Below are positions 1 through 13,981 of a stretch of 64,000 nucleotides of DNA, piece after piece. The stretch is from NCBI RefSeq assembly GCF_009914755.1, contig NC_060928.1. One strand, 5' to 3'. The DNA is from the human T2T-CHM13v2.0 reference genome, Homo sapiens. The notes under the pieces were generated by a model. The model made no database searches. It had not been told where the DNA came from and saw nothing but the letters and a program-made list of their open reading frames with translations. Each line of letters begins with the position of its first letter. Position 1 is the stretch's first letter. The position numbers were made by a program, and so were the translations under genes.

Positions 1-1
1 G

Positions 2-267
<266 letters not shown>

Positions 268-354
268 TGATGATGATATCCTATATTCTTCAAAGAATGC
301 TTCTTTGAAGCTCACCTGATAAATCCCTGTTTTTGCTCTTATGCTGGCTTTTGA

Positions 355-590
355 GGCAGCATGGCATAGCAGAAAATCTAGAAATAATACAGACAGGTAA
401 AAGTTCTAGCTCAACAACTAACTGGTGAAGGTCACTGAAAAAATTATATACTTTTAGCTTCAATTTATTCAACTGAAAAACTGTGAATAATATCACCTTT
501 GCTGGGCTTTGAAGATATTACTACATGGAACACATAAATACACCAAGCACAATTGCTGGCATTTAACACACTTTCAGTAAATAAAGTGTT
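355..590 (+). mobile_element. MIR SINE, degenerate
   Basis: MIR core-like and 3'-like text (..GCTTCAATTTATTCAACTGAAAAACTG..; AAGCACAATTGCTGGCAT..CAGTAAAT). Confidence 0.5.
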
Positions 591-1611
591 GATGTCTTCT
601 TTTTTTACTATGAAATAATATTAAAAGGAAAAAAAGTCAGTGGCTCTCCTGTTAACATTGTAGAGAGTCAACTCTCCATTCATATATTCACTCACTCACT
701 CATGCATATTATGTTCATGTGTAGTTAATATGAAATAAAGACAATACTGACACACAATTTAGATATTTCTGCCACAACCCCACCAAAAAGGAAAAGCAAA
801 ACCAAGGATGGAAAAATACTTTTACAACAGGATTAAGTTGTCATTAAAATCTCTGTCTGGAGAATTCAAATGGGAACTCTGTGAATGACTAACGATTCAG
901 TAGCAACATCAGCAGGTGGAAATACCTTGGGAAAGAGAGAGGCAAGGAGGGAGCCAAAAATAGGAGAAAGTCAAGGGATGGCTAAGCAAAATCTACAGCT
1001 AATATGAAATTGTGAAGGAGAAAATATATAGATACAGAATGGATAAGGTAATAGGAGTAGGGAAAGCAGAAGTGAGTCTTATTAAGATACAGGAGGAAAC
1101 CAAAAGAACTGGCCAACTTCTGTCTCATCTCCTGAATGGCATTTCATTCCAGCCTTCCTAATGTCAAGCTGTAGTACAGTTTTGTTCCTCCCATGAATTC
1201 TTCATGCATGTCTCTTATCAACACATGCATCCTCACACTCAATATCCAATACTTAGGGTACCCAAGTGAATCTCTGTTCTGACAAACCCAAATCTCACAA
1301 ATACATCATCTGAGTGATAATTTTCTTTAAATACTTTGGTATGAAGAGTTTGAAGCACATGTGTGCAACTTATGTTTAAAAGGTGCTTAGCACTTGATTA
1401 ATTAGCATTTGAAATCCCCTAGTCAGGAATCAATATTCATGTCATAGAAATCTGCACAAGAAAGGTAGTTAATTATGTAGTATAAGTTAGTCATATGGTT
1501 GGATAGAAAAAGTGTGAGCCTCAAACCCCTTGTGTGATCTGTTTGGTTTTATGCCAAATCTTTTACAGAAGTTGCCCAATATGACCAGAAGATCAGTTGG
1601 TTTTGCCTTTA

Positions 1612-1815
1612 CATGGGAGTTTTGTAAACTACTGCTGGCAGGCCAAAACTGGCCATTGTCTGTTTGTAAATAAAGTTGTGTTGTAATTTGTTTACATATT
1701 GTCCGTGACTGCTTTGGGGACTTCAACAACAGAGTTTCATAGTTATGAGGAATATCTGTGGAAAGATACTCAAGGACATACGAGCAGGCAATATGACTGT
1801 TTTATGCTTGTTTAC
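1612..1815 (+). mobile_element. MER58A-like hAT-Charlie DNA transposon
   Basis: GGCCAAAACTGGCC..TGTTTGTAAATAAAGTT..TTTGTTTACATATTGTCCGTGACTGCTTT resembles the MER58A consensus. Confidence 0.65.
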
Positions 1816-1970
1816 TAAAATGAAGTTGGATGAATTTAGACTAAGATTTTCTTATTCTCATGTCTTGGTGAGGTTGTGGGGTCAGGGACCTACAGCCTTC
1901 CTTGATCTTTGTTCAGTTCTTAGTTGTAACACAAATCTCAAAAGACTGCCATGTTGGAGGTTTTTCTTCC

Positions 1971-2148
1971 AGGAAGGAAGGAAGGAAGGGAGGGAGGGAG
2001 GGAGGGAGGGAAGGGAAGGAAGGGGCAGAGAGAGGACAGAGGGAGGGAGGGAAGACAGAGGGAGGGAAGGAAGGGAAGAGGGAGGGGTGAGAGAGTAATA
2101 AAGAGAGAGAATGGGTATGAGAGAGAGAGAAAGAGAGAGAGAGAGAAA
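1971..2148 (+). repeat. Polypurine simple repeat (GGAA/GGGA/GA)n
   Basis: Visible directly: (GGAA)4, (GGGA)n and (GA)n. Confidence 0.95.
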
Positions 2149-2157
2149 GGCCAACCG

Positions 2158-2652
2158 TGATACCGGAAACTGATCTGACTTCACAGCTCAGGCCCATTGT
2201 GATTTTATAATTCTTGGGTTCACAGATAAGCCATAATGTTCTCCTGTCGGATATTAACAATCTTAAAGAACATTCATTTCAGACAACGTCGTTGTAAAAA
2301 CTTCAAAATACCAAAGAGCCCCCCTCACACAATGAATGAGTGGTACTTCTTAACTAATTACAGCTTTATGGTTGCCCTAGGCTGTTCTTCCTACAGACAA
2401 GATGTATTGAGATAGCTAGTCATAGAATTGCCACAAAATTTCTGTCGACACCCAACCCAAAGCAAACCTCTACTTCCTCAGACTTTCCCTAAGATTCCTC
2501 CAACCAAGCCCAAATCCTGTGTCAGGTTGTCATCTGCTCCTACTGAGATGCCCCACAGTTCCCCACCATGTGCATTCTCTCTTGCTGCAGTGAATAACGA
2601 ATTCAACTTGCTCAACTCTAAGTGTCCCTGTGGCTGGATGAAGCCCACTGAC
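2158..2652 (+). mobile_element. ERV1 solo LTR, MER31/MER67-like
   Basis: Starts TGATA; 3' part CTACTGAGATGCCCCACAGTTCCCC..CTCTCTTGCTGCAG..AATAAC..CAACTTGCTCAAC resembles the MER31/MER67 R/U5 region. Confidence 0.6.
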
Positions 2653-5600
2653 GTGGCCTTTCCTTTCCCAGTGCTTCTATCTACAATATAGCTGAGTGTA
2701 CAACCTGGTATCTCCATGCAGACTGCTCCGCTGTGTGAAGGACTGTATTGTCATTTTGTTTAGACAACTAAGTATGACCTTTCATTTCAGGTTCATTTTA
2801 TACTTACTTTCAGGGGCAGGCTTAGTTTAGGACTTTTGCTAGTATAATTGTCTACTTGAAATGCTGTGGTCAAACTAGGTTATATCATTCAGCAGAGTAT
2901 TGAGTCTGCATGAATGATGTGAAACCCATTGATAAAATTTATATGAATTTCAGAAAGATAGGGATAACAAGAGAGGATTATAGAAACTTATACAAGTTAT
3001 TAATTTTCTTTGTTCATAGTTCCTGAACATCAGTTATAACACTGAAGTCTTAGAAATTAGTTTCTTTAGCTTCAGGGCTTTTAAACCTAAATTGTTATGT
3101 TACATTTTTCTACCAAGATCACAAAATGTTAAATAATGGTACATCGCCTGGGTAGGCTAACTGAAAACTTTTTATTGATATGAAATGTCAGTAACTTGGG
3201 TGACTATTTAGCAGAAAGGTCAGGTGTTTTTCAAGGTCATGTAAAATATGGAGAATAATCCTTGGTTTGCAATGTTTGAAACTTAAGAGGATAAGCACAG
3301 TATAATAATTAGTCTCAAATTTCATGGTTTATGAGAATATGTGTTGCTAACATACATGTACAAGAGCACCTAATATTAGGTCTCTCAATTTATTATATAT
3401 TAAAAGTTATTAAAAGATATAGGCCATATCATGAGAAAATGTGAACCAGAAAAAATGATATAGTTGATCATTGCCTGAATATGCTGGAAATCATAATCTC
3501 TGTCAACCTCCAAACAGGAAATGTACATAATAACATTGGTTCTACCATAAGAAACTATTGCATATTTTTTCTTTTTTTAAGTTCAGTTTCTCTGCAATAT
3601 TTTCCTTTTCTGTATATTTCTCTCTTTTATATTTTTTCTTCTCTGAGAATAAGTTCACCATTGATACTCAATGTCACTGCACAGCCCCAAGGCAAATACA
3701 CTGATGTCAATGGAAATCTAGATAGAACTTGCATAGTCCAGAAACATTGTCTTGACAGCTGCTTTTGCAACAGCCCTTATGTATGTGGAGTGTAGCCGAA
3801 AAGGTCATAGTGATGACTAGTACTGCCTTCGGTCTTGAAATTATTCTAAATTTCCTATCATAGGAAGTGGGAAGTCTGGGAGGGATCCACACTAAAGGAG
3901 CTTAGGTATCTGAGGTGCCCACCCTCCTAAGAGTTCAATTTACATCTTGGTGTCTTTGGTGAAAGTTAGAATGAAAGTAAATATAAACTACACATTGATT
4001 ATTAATAACCATCAAGAAATAATATTTTTAAGTTTCACATTAAAAGGTTAAATTAGACGACAATGTGATTTATAAATATATTAAAAATGAGAGCAATCAT
4101 ACATAGAAACCCATTATATAATAAAAAGTCTTGTAGGTACAAACAGCCCCTGGAAATTCAGTTTGACAGTGGGAGGCTTATTAATTGAAGAATCTGTTTT
4201 TGATCCCTTCCCTCTACTTTTGTCCAGAGGGATCCAGGGTGATGGGTTCACTTGACTGGAAGCTTATATGAGCAAACCATTTGACACAGTTAATAGTGAT
4301 CTGGATAAAAACTCTAATGTCATCTAATTCAGGCAAGCAAAATGTTGGGATCAAAGGAAGTAATAACCCCAGTTCATTCCTCCCTTGTCTGATAGTTGAA
4401 TCTAGAAAAAAAAAAAAAACACAAATGTCCTTTGAGGAATGACTATAGGAATTTGAGATGCTTATCTTGGAAGGGAAAAGACTTTATAGAGCAGAGAAAA
4501 AATGAAAAGAGAGAAAAAAAAATGCCCAAACAGACTTTTTTCCTTAGCTATTAAATTGCTTATCAAATTGGACTGATCTCTGGCAGGTGCCCAGAAAGGT
4601 CATATTGGTTGTTAAAAAATGAAAGTTAAATTTATTCCAGGACCTCTGTCTCCAGTTTCAATGTTCTTTCCATGACCATTTTTAAGAGGTCATGAATTTG
4701 GTGACTTTGGAATCAAACAATACTCATTTGAAATATCTGCTTCCTTCCTTTCAATGGGAGGTAATTTTTCTTTTAATGAGGGAGAGCCATGTGGCGAAAT
4801 TCATCGTTTGAAAAGAGGAATCTAGCGTCATGATGGAAGATGTGTCATAGCCAAAAGAGAAGAGAATCATTCTAAATATACATTCTAGGAATGACTGGAT
4901 TTTCATGCTGTGCTATACTGAGTTTCTGTAAAACTTTCCTTCATCATTTTTACTTGGGGAAATACAGTCCATTTTTATAAGGCCCTGTACAGATGGCAAC
5001 TTATTTGGCAAGATGGTAAGTCCATACCACCTCAAAGTAGAAGTAATATATATTTGTATTCAGTTTAAGTTCCCAGAACAGAAATGACATCTCATTATGA
5101 TATAGGTATTTATGTCAAACACAGCACATGATATATTATGGGTACTTAATAATAAACATCCATTGTTGGGATAAACTACCCAGATTACAATGGTGATGTG
5201 GGAAGAACAGAATAAGATATTTGACCTACTAGGCTATGAGAAAGTAAATTATCGGTGGAAACTTTCTTTTTACAGTTCTTCACTAATGTATTCATGGGGT
5301 TATGTTCTTTATCTGTTTCAACCATTTTTCAACAAATAAGCTTTTTAAATGTCATAAAAATAAAATTATTTGATAATAAAATAGCGAAATTTTACTTAGC
5401 TTATTGATTTTAATGTTTTCTGAAAATCTGTGGGAAATAATATACTTAACTATAATAGTTCATCAGAAGACATTAATTTTAGTCCTTGTTTTGTTATTGC
5501 AAAATGAACCACATTTTAATTACATCATAGCTTCATATAATAAAATCCATTTATTAAAGTGAGACTAACATACTGTCCACTCACTAACGATCAATAGCTC

Positions 5601-5689
5601 AAACACAAGAGAAGTTAAAACAAAAGGATGCTGATAGTGGAAGTTCAGATAGATCTTATTTCTGTCATCCCTTTACCTAAGAAGTAGAC

Positions 5690-5860
5690 TAAAAAGGATC
5701 TGGCTTTGGAATCAGATGAGTCTGAACATGGTTCTGGGTTCTGCTAACTGACGGGCTCTGTGGCTTGAGGAAAGTTACCTTGAAATTTCAGATTTGTTCT
5801 GTTTACAACTGTTAAATGGGAATAATGATAATGTTTATTTCACAGCATTTTTGCTACAAT
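5690..5860 (+). mobile_element. MIR SINE
   Basis: TGGCTTTGGAATCAGA..AAGTTACCT..CTGTTAAATGGGAATAATGATA core. Confidence 0.7.
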
Positions 5861-6334
5861 CAACACTTTTATTCTTCCAAGCCCAGAGGAAGGGTCATTA
5901 AACTGTCATTGTATTTTTCCCTGTTTCAGATGAAAATATTCACTTTCTACTTCTGCTATATTATATAAATATCTACTTTACTCAACAGAGCCAAAAGCTC
6001 CCTAAAAACAACCAAGGCTCATTCTTTATATAGCCTCTACAGCCTTTAGCACAACGCACAAAACAGTTGACTGAGAAATATTTGATCATTGAATTAATGA
6101 GATTACAAATTTAAACTTTTTCAAGTATAGTATTTTTTCACCATCTTCAGAAATGGATAAGTAAAGGTAGTTTAGGGACTTGACAATGAATATTAATGAG
6201 TAGACCGCCCAGATAGCAATCATGATGCAGGAATAGCAGACTATAGTACTTGGCCTACCTGGATCTATAAGAATATAAACAAAACATATTTCTTTGAACA
6301 AAATGATCTAAATAATTTGTCGGCAAATAATTTT

Positions 6335-6580
6335 ATTTCTTAGATAATGCTTACTCTGTACCAGGCAGTGTTTGTAGTAACTTAAAATTTTTTACTCATT
6401 TAATAATCATAACTCTATGAGGTACAGTTGTTACTATAACTTCTTTTCTATAAGTGAGAAAACTGAAACATAGCTGTTCCATAAAGAACATGCCCAAGAC
6501 CACAGAGCTTATAAATTTCAGAGCCAGAATTTGAAACTAGGCAGAGAATCCTCAGTTTCTGCTTTCCTAACTATCATATT
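6335..6580 (-). mobile_element. MIR (MIRb-like) SINE
   Basis: TTACTCTGTACCAGGCA..TAAGTGAGAAAACTGA..TGCCCAAGACCACAGAGCT..GAGCCAGAATTTGAAACTAGGCAG. Confidence 0.8.
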
Positions 6581-7394
6581 ATGATGTAGAATTTCAAAAC
6601 ATGTGTCATCACTACTCTCTTGAAATACAGAACGCAATTATTCTGACATTTGTAACAAATATATTGACGTTACAGTAAGAACCACTGATAGAAAATTTAC
6701 TTTTTCTTATACTAGTGACAACAGAGCATACTTTTCCACAAATCTTATCCCCAGAACATATCTGTTCCTTTTCCTCCTAGGTGCTTAAACAATTCTTACA
6801 ACATTTCACCATAAGATAGATGTTAGGAATCGTTCAGAGTCATTTAGAACTGTTTGATGGTGAGTACATGCTATCTGAGATTGCTCCTGCAGTAAATCGC
6901 CTAAAGTTATTGAATTTATTTCAAGTTATCACATATAAAGTAAACACCATTATTGACATGGAAGATATTTCATTTCCTCATGTTTCATTTACTTCCCACA
7001 TACTAGGGAGCTAAAATGGACTATCAGGATAGAATTCTGGTACACATTGTTTCAAAACATCATTTATTTATAATCTAAATAAAAGCCTTCTGCCTTTAGC
7101 TATCAGAATTGTGCTTAATAAAATCAATGATGTAGGTATAGATTTTTTTTAGCTGTTGTTTTTATGGAACCAGAAAAAGATGGTAGTAGATAAGCAAACG
7201 CTGATAACATATACCACCAATATACTGACACTAAGAGAGTTTATGAGCTGTGTCTATCAGAAATAAGATAAATTATTCCTGAAAAAAAAAATCTTAGAAG
7301 CAAAAGTAAAGATGGCTCTTTTCTTAATTTTTCCGCAGGATGATATATAACAAGTACTATTCTAGATGCATAGGAGAAAAGTTAACATACAATA

Positions 7395-7574
7395 GATGCC
7401 TTCTATAACATGGATTTCTGGTTACATAGAAATTTGTTATAACATAAACTTCTGGGCTCAACCTTCAGAGGTGCAGTAAGCTGGTCTTGGGTTAAACCTC
7501 AGAATTTGCATTTCTGATAAGGTTTCAGATGATGCTGATGCCATTGTGGTCAGTACCACACTGAGAATCACTGC
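7395..7574 (+). mobile_element. MER5A-like DNA transposon
   Basis: AGAATTTGCATTTCTGATAAG..GATGATGCTGATGC..ACCACACTGAGAATCACTG terminal inverted repeat. Confidence 0.75.
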
Positions 7575-7692
7575 ATTAGGGTTTTAATCTTTTCTCAGAA
7601 ACCTGGTGTGCAAGGCCACCAGTCTTGAATTACTTTCTGTTTCCAAACATGGAGAAAGTGTAGGTTGTCTTGCAAATAACACCTATGAAAAC

Positions 7693-7993
7693 TTTTTTTT
7701 TTTTTTTTTTTTTTGAGATGGAATCTCACTTGGTCACCAGGCTGGAGTGCTGTGGCACGATCTTGGTTCACTACAACCACCGCCTCCCAGGTTAGAGCAA
7801 TTCTCCTGCCTCAGCCTCCCGAGTAGCTAAGACTACAGGTGTGTGCCACCATGCCCAGCTAACTTTTGTATTTTTAGTAGAGATGGGATTTCACCTCCTT
7901 GGCCAGGATGGTCTCAATCTCTTGACTTCGTGATCGGCCCTCCTGGGCCTCCCAAAGTGCTGGGATTACAGGCGTGAGCCACCATGCCTGGCT
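7693..7993 (-). mobile_element. Alu, full length, AluSc-like
   Basis: Poly-T 7693-7714 and both arms; TCACCAGGCTGG (single-C deletion) and GGATGGTCTCAATCTCTTGACTTCGTGATC diagnostics. Confidence 0.95.
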
Positions 7994-8239
7994 GCTCATT
8001 TTTAAGGCCAATGCAAGTATTAAAACTTTGTATACTATAAAAAAATCCATTTTATAGTAGCTAGTACCTACATTCGATGATGAATCCTACCTTGTAATTG
8101 TACTAAACAAGTTGTAAATACTTGGTTTATTTTTAGTCATTCACATATGTTCCCATACAATAAAGAACTAATCAATCATTCTTCATCATAGATGTGGTTA
8201 TTGCATATGTCAAAAACCAAGCTTATTTGTTATGTTCAA

Positions 8240-8580
8240 TAATTCATCAATTCATTAGGTCAGCATATACATATTGAAACTGCACTTAGTTATGAGGTGC
8301 TGGTATTCTATAAATGAAAAACAATAGACAAATCTGATATGTAACTTAAAATAAAGATTAAAAATAAGTTTATATATATGTGTGTGTACATATATATATA
8401 AATACATGTATTTCTACATGCCATTTGAGATAATACAACTGTTAATAAAAAAACAACAACCGACCAAACAAACAAAAACTACAAGAAAATACAGAAGACT
8501 AAGAATGTCTAGGATGTAGCAATTTCACATAGTATGTCCAGAGATGGCTTCCCAGAGGAAGTGGCATGAGTTAAGATATT
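8240..8580 (-). mobile_element. L2 LINE 3' fragment
   Basis: ATTCATCAATTCATT..TATTGA..GGTGCTGG and GGCTTCCCAGAGGAAGTGGCATGAG motifs typical of antisense L2. Confidence 0.5.
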
Positions 8581-8849
8581 CTATCTTACTCTTTAAATTT
8601 AATTTTCTAATTTTTTCCCTGAATTTTAAAAATATCAGTTTTTGCTCTGTTTTCTAATTCTTTTAGCCCGTGCACTGATATGACAATTGTACACTCTTTA
8701 TTCTGTGATTGGTTACTTTTGAAAATTTATATGGCTTTTATACAAAATCTAAAGTTAAGGCCTTGACAGCTTCAGCCCAAAATACACATATCCAGTATAT
8801 TGGGGAATTTTTAACCCCACAAATCAGACTTTTAAAAAAATGATATATG

Positions 8850-10032
<1,183 letters not shown>

Positions 10033-10589
10033 GACATGAATATTTTGAAAACTATTTTACTAACCTGTTTTTTTTTTCCAAGTATAGTTGAATGGCTTAA
10101 AGAACAAAATTAACCAATATTAACTAACATTACATTGTTCCAACAAATAATGCAGATCTAAGAAATTGAGAGAGCTAAGTAGAAATCAGGACATACTGTC
10201 TTTAAAAGTTTAACAAGTAATCAAAATGATCCAATTATAATCAAATAAAAATATTTTCATTGCTATGGCTACATCCTATTAGTGCAGACTTGGCCAAATA
10301 CTTAATGATAGCTAAGTACAACAGAAACATCATAGTTTAAAGCATTTCACACTGAACTACTGCAAGTTGTCCCCTAACAGCTAGCCCTGGATGCCTCTCT
10401 GACCACCTTTGGGCTTAGACACCAAATAAAAAATTATATTTCACTTATTTTAAAGGACTTTGAAATATTTAAATACCTACATGGTATAACAAAAATAGCA
10501 TATTATTAACAATGAACTGATTACAAGTACTAATAACATGCTACATTATTATTTCATAATGAACTGTTCAATATATGTAGGATCAGAGA

Positions 10590-10760
10590 TTTTGAAGATC
10601 AGCATGGAATTACGACACTACAAATTATTAATTATGTGACAAAGTTATATTCACTCTCAAAGCTTAATTTCCTCATTTGCAAATGGTGATAATATCAGCA
10701 GGTTTTTAAAAATATGTAAAATCACTCTCTAGATTATATATTGATATTTAAATGTTAATA
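10590..10760 (+). mobile_element. MIR fragment
   Basis: TGTGACAAAGTTAT..GCTTAATTTCCTCATTTGCAAATGGTGATAAT core. Confidence 0.5.
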
Positions 10761-11218
10761 CTGTATCTCTTCATATATAATTTAAAATATGAAAATTGCT
10801 GCTCCCTCATTAGGATATAATTTATTTAATACCGTGTTGGACACAACTTTTTACATGTCATATGCAGTGTCATCATCAGAAACAAATGTGCATTCTAATG
10901 AATCCTGGAGAATAATAGAAAAGGTTTAATTTTTGTAATACTGTGGCCAAATAATGAAATCCTAAGGGATAAAGAAAGTGGAAAATCCCCATGAATCATT
11001 TCTCCCTCTACTCACTTTCTAAATCCTTATGTCCTATGAACAATAATTTATAATCTATATTTTTGCCAAATAATATTCAAAATGAAATTATGTAAGTTTT
11101 TCTTCCCCTGCAATGACAATGGTAAGGCAGTAAGTGAAAAAATGGATCTTATGAATAAAAAATATCTCTGTCTTTCCTGCTGCCTTGTGAAAATAAGTGC
11201 CTGCTCCTCCTTCCACCA

Positions 11219-11495
11219 GGGGTTGGCTGGCAAGATGGCGGAATAGGAACAGCTCTGGTCTGTAGCTCCCAGAGAGATCAATGCAGAAGGTGGGTGATTT
11301 CTGCATTTCCAACTGAGGTACCCAGCTCATCTCACTGGGACTGGTTAGACAGTGGGTGCAGCACACAGAGGGCAAGCTGAAGTAGGGTGGGGTGTCGCCT
11401 CACCCAGGAAGCACAAGGGGTCGGGGAACTCCCTCTCCTAGCCAAGGGAAGCTGTGAGGGACTGTGCCGTGAGGAACAGTGCATTCTGACCCAGA
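11219..11495 (+). mobile_element. L1PA7-like 5'UTR head (isolated ~275 bp)
   Basis: GGCTGGCAAGATGGCGGAATAGGAACAGCTCTGGTCTGTAGCTCCCAG..TTTCTGCATTTCCAACTGAGGTAC is the start of an L1PA element; similarity ends abruptly at ~11495. Confidence 0.9.
11231..11241 (+). promoter_or_regulatory. YY1 motif of the L1 sense promoter
   Basis: CAAGATGGCGG at the canonical position at the L1 5' end. Confidence 0.65.
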
Positions 11496-12534
11496 AAACG
11501 TTAATCTCTAGTCCAAGGGATTTCCCCATTAGTATCACAAACATAAACAAATCCTCTTTGATGTGCCTTCTGGGTTGTCTCCTGATTTCCTTCTGTAACG
11601 AAGGGTCCCAACCTGCTCCCTGATCACCTCACACGCTCCTGGCAAGCATTCTTATTTTATCTTAGTGCCTTTCTTTCAGTTCTCTCTCCTCTGAATTATT
11701 GCATTGATCTGATTTGATAAAATGTATTTGAAACTTGCAGTGATTTGCTTTTGATCTTCCTTTTATTTAGGTAACTCTACATTCTTCGTAGAAATTGAGA
11801 ACAATGATAACTTGGAGAATATAAATTACCAGAATATCCGAAATATGAATTTTAGACAGATCTTTCCATGTCTTGATCAGTAATTTGTAAACTTTCTATT
11901 CTGTTCTACACAGTGGCAAAGTCTATGTCCTTTTAACTTAATTTCTCCACATACTGAGGAAAATGCTGAGAAGCTGTAAAATGTCCAACAGTGAAGAATA
12001 ATAGAGAAAATTTTCCATTCAAAGGCTTGAATGAAAAATTAAACAAGCTCCCAAAATTATTACACTCACCAACTCTGAAAATTTCCCTGATGCAAAATGT
12101 GTTCCACCTTGTCACTTTTTATACTTCCTATAATGTCAAATAAATAATAGCGAGTTTTTCATTTGTCTATGCATTTCATTTTTCCTTTTGCCAAATACTT
12201 TGTAAGTTCTATAAAATATTATATAATGAAAATGATAGAGAAATTCTGAATAATTTTGAATGATTAAGTGGTTAATTTTAATTCTTTTCAGTCATTTTAG
12301 TATTTTCTTATTATCAACATCACCCACTTTAATTCTTGCAACTTGGAGATGTTGCCTCCATTACAATGCACTACTGCTGTTATTTACTTTTATTTATTGC
12401 ACATGCCATATTGCACCATAATTACATTGCAAATCTTAGAATCCTTTTGTTTGCTTGGGGAATTACTCAATTCCCCAATAATCAATACATATTGATAACC
12501 AATTAACAGAATATATCCCTTAATTTTATGAGTC

Positions 12535-13091
12535 TTTTTTTATTTTAAGTTCAGGATACATGTGCAGAACATGCAGGTTTGTTACATAGGTATACATGTG
12601 CCATGGTGGCTTGCTGTACCCATCAACCCGTCATCTACATTATGTATTTCTCCTAATGCTCTCTCTCCCCTAACCCCCCATCCCCTGACAGGCCCCGGTG
12701 CATGATGTTCCCATCCCTGTGTTCATGTGTTCTCATTGTTCAACTCCCACTTATGAGTGAGAACATATGGTGTTTGGTTTTCTGTTCCTGTGTTAGTTTG
12801 CCGAGAATGATGGTTTCCAGCTTCATCCATGTTCCTGCAAAGGACATTAACTCATCCTTTTCTAATGGCTGCATAGTATTTCATGGTGTATATGTGCCAC
12901 ATTTTGTTTTTCCAGTCTATTATTGATAGGCATTTGGGTTGGTTCCAAGTCTTTGCTATTGCAAACAGTGCTGCAATAAACATAAGTGTGTGTGTGTCTT
13001 TATAGTAGAACGATTTATAATCCTTTGGGTACATACCCAGTAATGGGATTGCTGGGTCAAATGGTATTTCTGGTTCTAGATCCTTGAGGAA
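12535..13091 (-). mobile_element. L1PA7-like 3' end, 5'-truncated
   Basis: TTTTAAGTTCAGGATACATGTGCAGAACATGCAGG..; ORF 12852-13097 ([31 protein letters not shown]) is the ORF2 C-terminus. Confidence 0.93.
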
Positions 13092-13419
13092 ACTCAATAT
13101 GCAATCTTTGGTCTATGTCAAATGATGACTCTTCTATTAAGCCCATTCTGATTTCTTCCAAACTTATGTGCCTTTACCTCATATTATAGCATGCATGTAC
13201 AGAGTAAATAGACTAAGAATTCTTGGGCTAGAATAAATCCATAGTTTTCTTAAACTGCATCTGCCACAGTGACTTAACTTTCAGTAACAGATTTTTGGTA
13301 AATATAAAGTAGAGGTAAATTTAAACTCCCTGCAAATATTTTGTATTTAATATCAAGTATAATACATGTGACAATACATGTGAAAGGAGACCATTTATTA
13401 AAATTAAAAATACAATAAT

Positions 13420-13981
13420 TCAGAAAAATTATAAGAAGACAGAGGACTATCAGCTGAGGTACTGCATGAGCAAAAATGTAAAAATATTTTTAAAATATAA
13501 TATACACACATTATTTTCTTCCTGCTCACTGTTGAGCTCTTTTCATTGTATTAATAAATTTACACATACACACTAATAAACATATGTGTAAAATCACTCA
13601 ACTAAATATTATCAAGTAAAAATCAACAACATATAAAATAAGTATATACCCTGGCAAAATGAAATTTATTCTGGGTATACAAGCTTGTTCAAAATTCATA
13701 CATCAATCCATGTAATCCACCCATATCAAAAAGTAAAGAGAAAAAAATCTAACAATCATATCAATTAATGCTGAATAAATATTTGACAAAGCCAGCCATT
13801 ATATTCATAATGTGAATTTGCTCATTATGAGCAAACTAGGAATAGAAGTCAACATTTTAACTTGATAAATAATATCCACAGGAACGCGAGAGTTAGTATT
13901 ATACTTAATGATGTGAAACTAGACACTTTCCTTTTAAGATCAGAAACAAAGTAAATTATGTCTTCTCTCATTACTGTTATT
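13420..13981 (+). mobile_element. Old L1 (L1MC/MD-like) ORF2 RT N-terminal segment (S3)
   Basis: TCAATCCATGTAATCCACC..TCAATTAATGCTGAATAAATATTTGACAAA..CTTTTAAGATCAGAAACAA; left edge uncertain. Confidence 0.75.

Noticed and set aside
1745-2260. R/E/G-rich and S/L/P-rich ORFs (also at 41300-41720 and 19555-19845)
   Set aside because: Simple-repeat translations.
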